Shown piece after piece: positions 24,847 to 35,371 of a stretch of DNA of 64,000 bases (its first letter is position 1; the number at the start of each line of letters is the position of its first letter). Position numbers and translations under genes: made by a program. The notes beneath the pieces are model-generated. The model worked only from the letters and a program-made list of their open reading frames with translations, was not told the DNA's origin and ran no database searches. Source of the stretch: Pelomyxa schiedti (lineage: Eukaryota; Protista; Evosea); NCBI GenBank assembly GCA_020536535.1, contig JAHLWZ010000004.1:1-64000 (forward strand). The letters run 5' to 3'.

Positions 24847-26680
24847 ATGAAGGAGGCCCGGATTGTTGGGCTGGTTGTCGTAGTTCTTGGGTTAGCTGTA
24901 GGGGGTGTGTTTGGGCAGTGGTGCGACCAGCCGTCGCCAAAACACTCGTGGTCATACATCTCCTCCTATTATTACTTCAGCGAGAATGATTACATTAGCA
25001 ACACATCGTCGACGTATACCGGACAGTGCACAACTTATTCCTATCGCGGTATCTAACACCTGCTAACTGACTGACACACGGAAATTTAACCACCAAAAAA
25101 AAAAAAATTTGCAGATGCTTGGTATTCGTTCGTGCCGTCAGTAGACGGAGTTCTCCTGACTACTACGTGTGGAACCACATGGGACACAGTTATTGAGGTT
25201 TCATATCACCCTTTGTTCTCGTGGGAGCACATTTTGACGATAAAGCCCAGGTTCAAGGTGGGTCTTCTTGTAGTACTCGTTCTTGCATTGATACAGATGA
25301 TGACGGTTGCAACTGGCCGTCCTCGAGTGTCAGTGTGAACGTTAATGCATATTATATATACAACATCAGAATACGGCCATTTTCTTCAACCACATCATCC
25401 ATCTCTCAGTACACATTTACTCTCCAATTTACACCCTCCACCATATCAAGCACCCAGAGTGAAGAAACCTGTATGCATTTTTATCGACAACAAGCACAGC
25501 TCAACCTTTTTTTTCCCAGTTTGCCCTGTCATGAATTATTTGTATGATTATACTATTGAAACCCATTACCTCTCCTCATGGGATGAAGTTGATACGGGAG
25601 ATTGCTGGGATGATAGTTGGTACTGGGAGTATGGTAATTTTTTGGTACTGTTTTGGTCATAGGAACTCATTTGAGGTAGGGATGTGGTTTACGTATACAC
25701 CTTACGTTTATATGGATCCATGTCTGACAATATGTGGGGACTCACCTTTTACTCTGGAGGTCATTCTTGTTGAGTGGAACTACTATGTTCACTTTCTTTC
25801 CAGTTTGTTGACGATTTGTGTGACTACTGGGGCGCAACACCATCATGCACCTACAGTGCTTCCAGCTATTGGACAGGGGATTACGAGTGCTACTATCGTA
25901 CTGTGACACATCTGGATGGTTATTATGGCTATTCAATAGATTTCTTGGTCAAATCGTAACTTCCCTATTTAATCCCACGGTTTTGACTCGACATCGGAGT
26001 GAGTACTCCTATGCAGAAATTACACTTGACACGTGTCCCGAAGACTATTGGTCATCAGATGATTTCCACTTCCCACGTACATATCATACATTCATTTCCT
26101 TTCGTTGAAAACTAACACTATCCAAAGTGTGGGTTGTGATTACTACCTTCGTTCTGTTGTTTTTATGCGTTGTATTGTTGGTCGTAATTACCGTCTATTG
26201 CTGCCACAAGAGAACTGTCAATAAGAAGTACAAAACCAAAGTTTCCCCTTCTAGTTTCTCATTAAACTGCCAGGAAAACATACGACCACTTGGACGACCA
26301 GAAGGATCTCGTGGAGATTCCCTCTGTTAGTATCAATGGACCCCCAACTCTCACGCCAGTCAGCACGCCAATGCCTCCCACTCTCATCCCCCCCGTGCAG
26401 CCCGCGAACATGATAGCAGTTACCCCACAGAATGCCGCTATGATGATATCCCCTCCAAATGTGCCCCCGTATGTTCCCCTTTACTAATACTGGTACAACC
26501 TGTATTCCAATCAGTAACAATACCCACAGACCCACTTTTACCCCTGTCTACATGCCTTATACATTTATGCAGCCTGTTGCACCCCCACCACAACCACCAC
26601 CACAATTGTACCCAACTGCCATTGTTCCTCCTTCTGCACCCATGCCCGCCTTGCCCGCAACACCCACCTCCACAAATTGA
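24847..26680 (+). CDS. Type I membrane protein with PPC-like extracellular domains, paralogue A
   Basis: Signal peptide; DAWYSFVPSVDGVLLTTTCGTTWDTVIEV|QGGSSC..DDDGCNW..YNIRIRPF; TM helix followed by YCCHKR; Pro-rich tail. Confidence 0.75.
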
Positions 26681-26824
26681 GTAAGAAATTTGCAAATAGC
26701 ACGGGTTCAGTATTTTCCTTGTTTTGTTTTTTGGCTCTTGCGGGTCTTCTTTTTTTACGGCACTTGTTTCCTTGAAATCTTTGAAACACATTTGCACAAC
26801 CAGGCACTGCGAAGAGCTCTTAGC

Positions 26825-28788
26825 ATGTCACAGAGAAACCACCACGTCCACGAACAGAGAGAGGAAGGTGCCCACGAAGACGGCGGGCGCCGTCCATCTT
26901 ATCGCCCAGCCTACCAGCCAGTCCCCATTTACGGCCATACCAGCAGTAGTTTCCGTAGCGACATAGAGAGGTACGTTTACGACAGCTCAGGCCACTCCCA
27001 CAGGGACTCCTCTACTTCTCATCACGGGCACGAACACGACCACGCACGCGAGCCCGAGCACGGCCACGAGCACGAGCACGGCCCCGGCAGCAGCCACTCG
27101 CACGCCGCCTCCCAGGCGCAGCGAGCCCTCGAACTTACACGCTCTTTGCCGTCGGCCCACTCGTCTCCTCATCGGAGGGTGCACAGCGTCGAGTATTACA
27201 GCGCATCGGACAGCGAGAGCGGCTCCCAGAGCTCCGAGGGCAGCGCCTCGTCGAGCTCGAGCGCGAGCAGCTGCTCAACCGAAGGCAGCAGCGGCCGCGG
27301 GGGCCGGTCCACCCCGCCCCAGGGCCCCCCTCACCACGCGAGCCACCAGCACGGCGACGACGGCGACCACCGCGATGACCAGCACCACCACCACCATCAT
27401 TATTATTATAATGACCATCATTCACACCCGCCGACCCAACATGAAGCGATGCCACATCGGCAGCAGCCGCCGCCGCCGCGGGGGGAGCATGTCCATCATA
27501 GGCATCAGTGCTGCTGCTGCCAGCAGCATGAGCACCGTTACCCTCCGTCGCACACTGACCACGGCGATGCTACTTACTCTGGTCAGTATTCTCACAGATC
27601 GCACATGGATCCTAGATATCGCGAACCCCACGCCCACGGGTATTCAATTCAGAGACCGTCTTCTAGCCTCTCTCACATCCGGGGGAGCTCCAAATACTCT
27701 TCCAGCAGTGGAAACACTGCTTCTGTTGGCGAAGAAAGAGCTGAGGCTCACCAAAGCGGCCGAAGTGGCGTAAATGAAGCAGAGAGAGTCCATACTCATC
27801 CACACGCCGAATCAACATCTGGATTATATTCGAGTCATGGGGGGCACAACACCGCAGTGCCATCCAAGTTGTCTTCACCACGCCACATGATGGATCAACA
27901 GCATCACCATACTGCATCAAGTCACCCTGATAACTTTTTAGACCATAACACTCCGCGCAAATCCCATGAGCCGAGTTCAACAAATAAAGCAGCCTCTCCG
28001 CCGCGGCCACAGAGTGATGCAGTAAAAACACACCCTGAAGCTACCCCCGATCACAATTCCCTGAAATCCGATTCCAGTGGACACAGTAATCGAGCCACAG
28101 ACATACGCCAGAACTTAGAATCTTCAATGGCCAGGCTCACGACAGAACAAAGAGAACATCACGCAGTACATCAATCTCCACGTCGGCCTAGTGGCACCTC
28201 TGAAATTCACAACGCGCGCCCTCCACCCAAGCTCCGCACCGAGAAACATACCCCTCCAACTTCAAGTCCCTCTGGCCATTTGATAAGTGAGAGCCGTGAA
28301 ATTTATGACCTACTACAGAATAAATTTGAAGTCTCGCATTGCCTTTTCTCCCATGTATATTTATATGACCATTGGAGTGAGGCAATATGTGCATTTACGC
28401 CCGACGCTGATGCTCAATTCCAAACATTCACAAGCCTGAAGACACGCACCGATTGTAAGTTTCTTCCTTGTTCCCCTCCGTTTGACATCTTTCCGCAGTA
28501 TTCTTTGTTGTCTGTCACAGCCCACTGCCCGTTGGAGTAGAAACAATGTATCCCTCAGTTCCACACTTTCAGCATCTAACCTCCCTCAATAGATATTATA
28601 TGATGGATAGCAAAATCAAGGAGTGCTTGGTTCTTTTCTTGGACTCAGAAACACTGGAAGCCATACAAAGGGACCCGACTCGCTCCACCTTCCCCCCCAA
28701 ATTTGGGAAGAAAGTTACCGAGCAGCTCAAACTCACACAACAACTGGACAAGCGGCAGACAGCAGACGTGGTGAAGTTCTTTTCCTGA
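26825..28788 (+). CDS. Hypothetical His/Ser-rich disordered protein with short ordered C-terminal domain
   Basis: About 500-aa first exon rich in H/S; three short introns lead to ..YMMDSKIKECLVLFLD..VVKFFS*. Confidence 0.65.
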
Positions 28789-29198
28789 ACTACCCACGTT
28801 GCTGTATGTTGACCTCAACACTTGAAGGTTCATCTCCACATCTCTACACACAAGTAAAATTAGCCTCCTCCCTTTTGTGGTCGCTTCCACGAACAAAAAT
28901 TAACGTTGATACACTTTTTCCCTCCTGTTTTTCGAAAAACAAAACAAAAAAAACCAAAAACAACAACGTAACGCGCCGTTACCGCTTTCTTTTTCGAACG
29001 CAAAACGATACATACACCAAGACAACAAACTATTCACACATCAATTTAGAACAACACCACAACAAACACAAGAAATTCAGTAAAGACAACACTAAACGAA
29101 AGACAAACTACCCAGTCAAACAGAACAAGATAACAAGAAAACAAACATCCCATAATCCCCGCAACGATCGGTCGCGCGACGCCTAAAAGCCCCCAAGG

Positions 29199-31954
29199 AT
29201 GAGTTGCTGCTGCAAGGACGGGTGTTGCAAAGACGGGTGCTGCAAAAGCGACTGCTGCGAGTGCAAATGCAACTGCTGCAAGGACGGCTGTTGCAACTGC
29301 GGCTGCTGCGAATGCCTAAAGCCGTCCAATTGCAAAAAGCACTGCCTGTGCCAATGGTGCTCAGGCTGCTGCTGTTGCTTGTGTGACGAGGAGCCCTCCG
29401 AGAGGGAGAAGCTGTACGGGCCTAGGGCAAAGAGGCAGTGCCGTGATTTGCCCTGCCTGGCGCTATTTTTGGTGTTCTGGGCCGGTATGATAGTGGTGGG
29501 AATCCTATCTTTTGTCCAGGGAGACTTGGATAGGCTGTGGTATGGAACTGACATGTACGGTGATATGTGTGGCTCTGGTGACCACTCTTCTGTGAGTATT
29601 TAAATTAGTTTTTTTAAAGTAGTTTTTAAATACCAAGGCCAAATTACTTTTGTATTGTCCATTTATAATATCTGCTGTATCCATTTTTATTGTCAAAAAA
29701 GGAACCTGTACTCTATTGGCCAAATCCTCTTGATCTTTCCGTACAAGTTTGCCTTGAAGAATGCCCAACAAGCACATATGACCTCTCTCTTATTATTGAT
29801 CTTTTCAATCCCTTTGGTGACCCAACAGTGGCACTTGATGCTATGGTAGTCCTAAACTAGTCTACACGAAATAATACACAACTTAAAACAAAAATTCCCC
29901 TTGTATTAACTTTATTGACAGAATTGCATGTACAACATTACCACTCCAACTGTTGATGATGTATATAACAATCTATGTTGGCCACCTTATCAGGCGTACC
30001 CACTTTTTGGAAGATGTGTTCCGGAATTAATTAGTGTGTTCTTACCGTATTCCAATTGCTGCTGAGTTCTTTTTTCTTTTCGAAAATAGACACAACAGAG
30101 TTAAATGCTCTCTTTGACTATTTCTACTACAAGCTGTTCAACGACACCTTCTTTTTGTATAACTTCGTGGACTTCGAATATGTAACTGCACAGCTAATGT
30201 TCGTGTTAAATGCCAGAACGATGTTAACCGAAATGGCAACAGAAGTTGCTGCTTCTTGGAGGGAAATACTTGTACGCGTTTTGTGCTTATCTTATTGGAA
30301 TAACTCCCAGTAAGATATTTGGATTGGGTTCTTTCGTTGTGGCATTTATCTGGCTTTTCGTTATGCGACTGCTTGTTGGAGTGATAGTTTGGATAATGAT
30401 CTGGCTTACTGAACTAGGACTTATTGGGTTTACAGTCTGTATGTAAACTCTACCACATCGAATTCCCGAAATTCATATACTTTTAGTCCTTTATTACGCA
30501 GAAAAAATGAAAGAGAAAGAACTTAATCCGGATCCTGCACTGCGCTTACAATCTGACGTGATGTTAGTTCAAGCCCTGGGCTATGCTGTCAATGCAATGA
30601 TAATTGTCGCTACTATAGTTTTTATGATGGTATGAATACTCATTCCTCCTAATCTTACATCAGAAAAGATCCTGTTCCTTCGAACAAGGATAAAATTGGC
30701 TATTGCTATAATTAAAGAAGCAAGTCGTGCATTATCTTCAATGCCTTCAATATTCTTCTTCCCACTTTTCATGCTTGGTCTATATGGCGCTTTCCTTGCG
30801 TATTGGGTTGTTGTCGCTGTCTTCCTTGGTACTGTGGCTGTTGCTGAAGATATGAATTATGTTATGTGGAGTTCCATGGAAATATATGGGTACACCACCC
30901 CAGCGATTGAATTGCAGTACTGCATCCTTATTCACGCTATCGGATTTATATGGACCACCGAGTTCCTGAGTGCTTTCAGTGAAGTATGCATTGCAGGCTC
31001 AGTTGCGTCCTGGTACTGGGTGAAAGACAAATCAAACGTACCCTCGTGCCCCGTTTGGCGCTCTGTCTGGTATGCTGTTAGATACCACTTTGGTTCTATT
31101 GCATTTGGTTCACTATTGGTATGACTCTTTGTTTTCATTGTAATAAACTGACCCCAAGCACAGATTACCCTGATAAGACTTTGGCGTTATTTCTTGGAGT
31201 ATTTGGACAAAAAAGCAAAGAAAACTGGTCCAGCACGTTGTATATTAAGGTGCTGTATCTGCATCCTCAAGTGCATAGCTTGCTGCTGGGAAAAGATGAT
31301 TCGTTACTGGAATACTCAGGCATGGGTGATGATAGCAATTACCGGACAGTCATTTTGCGCCGCCGGTAGGCACGCCATGTACCTTCTCATCAGTAGTCCC
31401 ATTAGGACTACCGTTCTGGCTGCTGTCTCCGGTTTCGTGTTACTCCTTACAAGGGTATTCTTCCGCTTTTTGTTTCCAAGGAAAAAACCTAATGTCATTC
31501 TACCCAGCTCTGCGTTGCCAGCCTTGCAGCCCTGGGTGCCTGTATCTGGTTCTACTTTACAGACGACCTCCATTTCTGGTTCGCTCCAGGAGTGTGCGTC
31601 TTTATGATTGGATGGGTTATAGCCAGCATATTCACCAGCATTTATGACATGGGCATTCACACTGTTCTCTTGTCATTCTGTGAGGACGACTCTCGCCCCG
31701 GCGATTGTTACGACGTGAAGCTGAAGGAATTCATGTCTAACAAGAAGAAGAAGCAAATCAAAAAAGCCGAGTCAGAAGCTGAGAAGGAACAAGAAGCAGA
31801 AGAAAACAAAGAACACGAAAAGGACAAGGACAAGGAACACGATCATGATCATGACCACGATAAGGATAAGGACAAGGAACATGACAAGTCCAAGGATGAA
31901 GGTTCATCCAGCCACCACGACCACGACCATGACTCTGGCAATGACTCTGACTAA
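29199..31954 (+). CDS. SLC44: Choline transporter-like protein (CTL/SLC44 family) with Cys-rich N-terminus and H/D/K-rich C-terminus
   Basis: RQCRDLPCLALFLVF, RLWYGTDMYGDMCG, RIKLAIAIIKEAS, IAGSVASWYW, RYHFGSIAFGSL, IAITGQSFC and LLSFCED. Confidence 0.92.
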
Positions 31955-32297
31955 CACAATCAACCCACAGCAAATCCAATAAAAACGAGGGTTAGTTTGT
32001 TTTGTGTACCCTTTTCCACATCAATCGGAATAATTGAAAAAGGAAAGAAAAAAGAACAAGTAACCGACCAAATTTTCCCAATTTTTCACAGATGCGCAGT
32101 TGCAGGATACCGTCTCCGTGGGGCGAATCTCAGTTCCCCATGACCCCGTAGCCAGGCAACCAAAATTCCGGGACCTTTGATCTCTGATTTATAAACTCCG
32201 AATCAATCATTGGCATTTTCACCAAACAAGCAAATAAACAAAAGGCGAAGGAAGGAGAAGGGAAAAACCCCCAATAAAAAAAAATATAAGTTATAAG

Positions 32298-33872
32298 ATG
32301 AAGGTGCTTCTTGCACTCGTGGCGTTGTTCGCTGTTGTAAATTGTTGCTCGGACCCATACTCAGATCTTGTGTTCTACCCGTACTCGGCAATTACGGCAA
32401 CGTATACTGAGTACATGTACTACCACAGCGACTCCTACGCGGGGTTGTGCAGCAGCACTACGTCATCATACCCTGGTTGGTTTCTCTTTTGTTTGTTTTT
32501 TTTTCCCCACTCTTACGGTTATGTAGATGCTTGGTTCACTTTCTTGCCTCTTGTTGACGGCACCCTTGTCGTGGACACATGTGGTTCGTCTATCGACACC
32601 GTGATTGAGGTGCAAGGAGGCAGCACTTGCGATAGCCGTGATTGCGTTACCTGGAATGATGACTACTGCAACTGGCAATCACGCGTAGAGTTCACCGTGG
32701 TAGCTGGAGACACATACGATGTCAGAGTTCGACCTTTCTCCTCGAGCAGCACTTCTTCCTACTTCACATTGAACTATAGCTTTGAGCCCACCGGGGATAG
32801 CGACTGTATGGAGTTTTTTTTTTTATCTTGTCACTTGTGCTTATCCATAGTAGCCTGCCCCAGTGACATTTATTATCTCTGGGACAACGAATGGCAATCA
32901 TTCTCCTTGAACACTTATATCGAGTCCGGCTGCTGGAATTCATACTACTCATATGGTATGACAACCGGTTTCCGTGGTTGTTATCTTAACCAACTCCCTC
33001 TAGGCAAGTGGTTCGAGTACACACCTTACGAGTGGGATGCCCACCTCCATGTTTGCACCAGTTCTTACTCCAATGCACTTACTGTAAGCCTCATGTAAAC
33101 TCTCAGCCGAATGTTTATTTTCCTTTTAGTTTGTAACTGACTGCACTGACTGTGGCTACACTTACTATTCCTGGTACTCTGGCAGATCCGGCTGCGAGTA
33201 CACAATTGACATAGATCTGACTGGGTACTATGGTGAGACCCTGGATTTCCTTATCACAGGGTTCGTGCGGCTTGAGTCAACATACTTTGGAATAACCTCT
33301 TCCTTCTAGAAACTATTACGATTACATTACAATTGACACATACACTGATGAACCAGAGTGGAGCTCGGACTTCTTCTACTTCCCATGTAAGTTCCACACC
33401 CCAATGTTGTGCACCAGATTTTTATATCACTACAGGGTGGGCAGTTATGCTCGGCTTTGCCCTCTTCTTCCTTGGATTGGGTCTCCTTCTTCTTCTTGGT
33501 GCCTACTGCTGCCACAAGAGAGTCATGAAGCGGTATGAATGGAAATGTATCTTGGATCATAACTTACGGGTTTGTAGCAAGTACACCGTTGTACCCCAAA
33601 TGATTGAGGTTCCTGTGGTCAACGGCGAAGAGCCCACAGAAAAGAAATCTGAAACCCCCGTCAAGCCTTCTGTCCCTGATGTGTCTTCTCCTAATGTTCC
33701 TCCGTACGTTTCTTCCCTTGTCTTCCAACCCACATTGCTTACTGAGCACAGACCTGCCTACACCGCAGTGTATGTCCCATACAACTTCCCATTCCAGCAG
33801 ATGGCTGTACAAGTCCCCGCACCGGTACAGCTCCCACCACAGCTTACTGTTGTACCACCCAACAAGTCTTAA
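32298..33872 (+). CDS. Type I membrane protein with PPC-like extracellular domains, paralogue B
   Basis: Signal peptide; DAWFTFLPLVDGTLVVDTCGSSIDTVIEVQGGSTC..WNDDYCNWQSRVEF..GDTYDVRVRPF; TM helix followed by YCCHKR. Shares intron positions with 24847-26680. Confidence 0.78.
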
Positions 33873-34060
33873 CCCCGCTCCGTTCTAAGAGAAACCATTT
33901 TAACCGAGATGTAAAATATCTTTTTTTGCACGCAACCATTTTAATTGGAGTGTGAATTGACCAACCCATTGCCTCAACTCCGTCGCCAATACTCAATTGG
34001 ACGAACAACTTGGTTAAATAAACCCCCACTTCGTCGACAAACAATACAGAAAGCAAAATT

Positions 34061-35317
34061 ATGTACACAATTACAAATGACTCGTGCAGGGTGTCGCGTA
34101 GCATAGGGGTGTTGCTGGGGGCATGTGTCGGCGATGCACTAGGAGCGCCGTTCGAGGGAGAGAACTGTGTCACCATCAGGGGCGCGGCGCCGCGGGGGCC
34201 CCGCGACATGTTCGACGCCCGCACCCTCCCGGACGCCGTGGCGTCGGCGGCGGTCGCGGGGATCTCGCTGGGGCCCTCGCGCGTCGGCGAGTGGACGGAC
34301 GACTCGGAGGGCACGCTGGCCCTGTGCCGCTCGCTGTGCGAGGCCCGCGGCGCCAACTCGCGCCACGCCGCCCTGACCCACGCCGCGTGGTGGGCGGCCC
34401 CGAAGCCGCCCGACGGCGGCCACGTCGGCGGCTACTCCGCCGCCACCTTCGCGAAGCTCTCGCAGATCCTCCAGTCCCGCGACTGGGTGGATCCTGGGCC
34501 GCACGCTCAGGTGCCGCAGAGTTACGCGAACGGCGGGGCCATGAGGATTTCGCCGTGCGGGGTGGCTTACAGTTCGTTGGAAGGGGACCCTGAGGCGATG
34601 AGGAGGGTGGTCTCCGAGGCCCTCAGGTTCACCCACACACACCCAGAGGGCGTGGACTCCGCCGCGGTCGTCGCCCTCGCCGTCGCCAGGTGCGTGGCGT
34701 GCGCGGACCCAGGCACCCTGAACCCGGTCGATTTTGTGCAGAGACTGGCTGCGGACTCCGCGACCGCCGAAATGAAGTCCCGGCTGCAACGCGCCGCCCT
34801 GAAGTTGCAGTCCGAACCACTCCCGGTGGTGCCGCCAACAAACTCGGCCGAGGAACAAGACATGTACTCGTCCGGCGACAAAGAATTCCTGCAGCAGAAC
34901 TGTTGGACCCCCGAGACTTGGTTTCAGATACGCGGCGTGGACGCCGTGGTCACTGCGGTCTACATGTTTGCCAAATACGGCGGGCTTGGCGTTTCCTCGC
35001 CGGCCGACCGCTCCCGGTGTGCAGAGAACTGCCTGGTCCGCGTGGTGTCTCTTGGCGGTGACACTGACACGATTGCTTGCATCACCGGCAGCATGCTGGG
35101 GTCACTTCACGGCCCGCAGTGGATTCCGCAGCGCTGGACCGCTGCTCTGTCACAGGACCCGACTTGGGGAGTTCCGGCGGTCATGTCACTAGGTGAGAGA
35201 CTGGCAGCACTCAACTGTGTTGCTCTGGTTCCTGATGAACAACTGCAGGAACAATTCACAGCCCTTAGGGAACAGCTGAGTCACTTGCCCCAGCCCGTAA
35301 GGCATAAATTTGTATGA
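34061..35317 (+). CDS. ADP-ribosylglycohydrolase (ARH/DraG family), intronless
   Basis: GACVGDALG, WTDDSE, ANGGAMRISP, THTHP and GGDTDTIACITG motifs are all intact. Confidence 0.92.
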   Translation: MYTITNDSCRVSRSIGVLLGACVGDALGAPFEGENCVTIRGAAPRGPRDMFDARTLPDAVASAAVAGISLGPSRVGEWTDDSEGTLALCRSLCEARGANSRHAALTHAAWWAAPKPPDGGHVGGYSAATFAKLSQILQSRDWVDPGPHAQVPQSYANGGAMRISPCGVAYSSLEGDPEAMRRVVSEALRFTHTHPEGVDSAAVVALAVARCVACADPGTLNPVDFVQRLAADSATAEMKSRLQRAALKLQSEPLPVVPPTNSAEEQDMYSSGDKEFLQQNCWTPETWFQIRGVDAVVTAVYMFAKYGGLGVSSPADRSRCAENCLVRVVSLGGDTDTIACITGSMLGSLHGPQWIPQRWTAALSQDPTWGVPAVMSLGERLAALNCVALVPDEQLQEQFTALREQLSHLPQPVRHKFV

Positions 35318-35371
35318 TAAGAAGGATTTAAAAAATGTTCATAGTCTACAAAATGGATGTGGGTGTTCAGT

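Noticed and set aside
28790-29198. Long A/C-rich spacer as an ORF (28623-29186) or ncRNA
   Set aside because: The K/T/N-rich translation simply reflects the CA skew, with little pairing potential; treated as UTR/intergenic.
34061-35317. High GC and lack of introns as evidence of recent horizontal transfer or contamination
   Set aside because: Clearly eukaryotic genes (membrin, XRCC1 exon 1, copine exon) show the same GC-rich cores, so composition alone is uninformative here.
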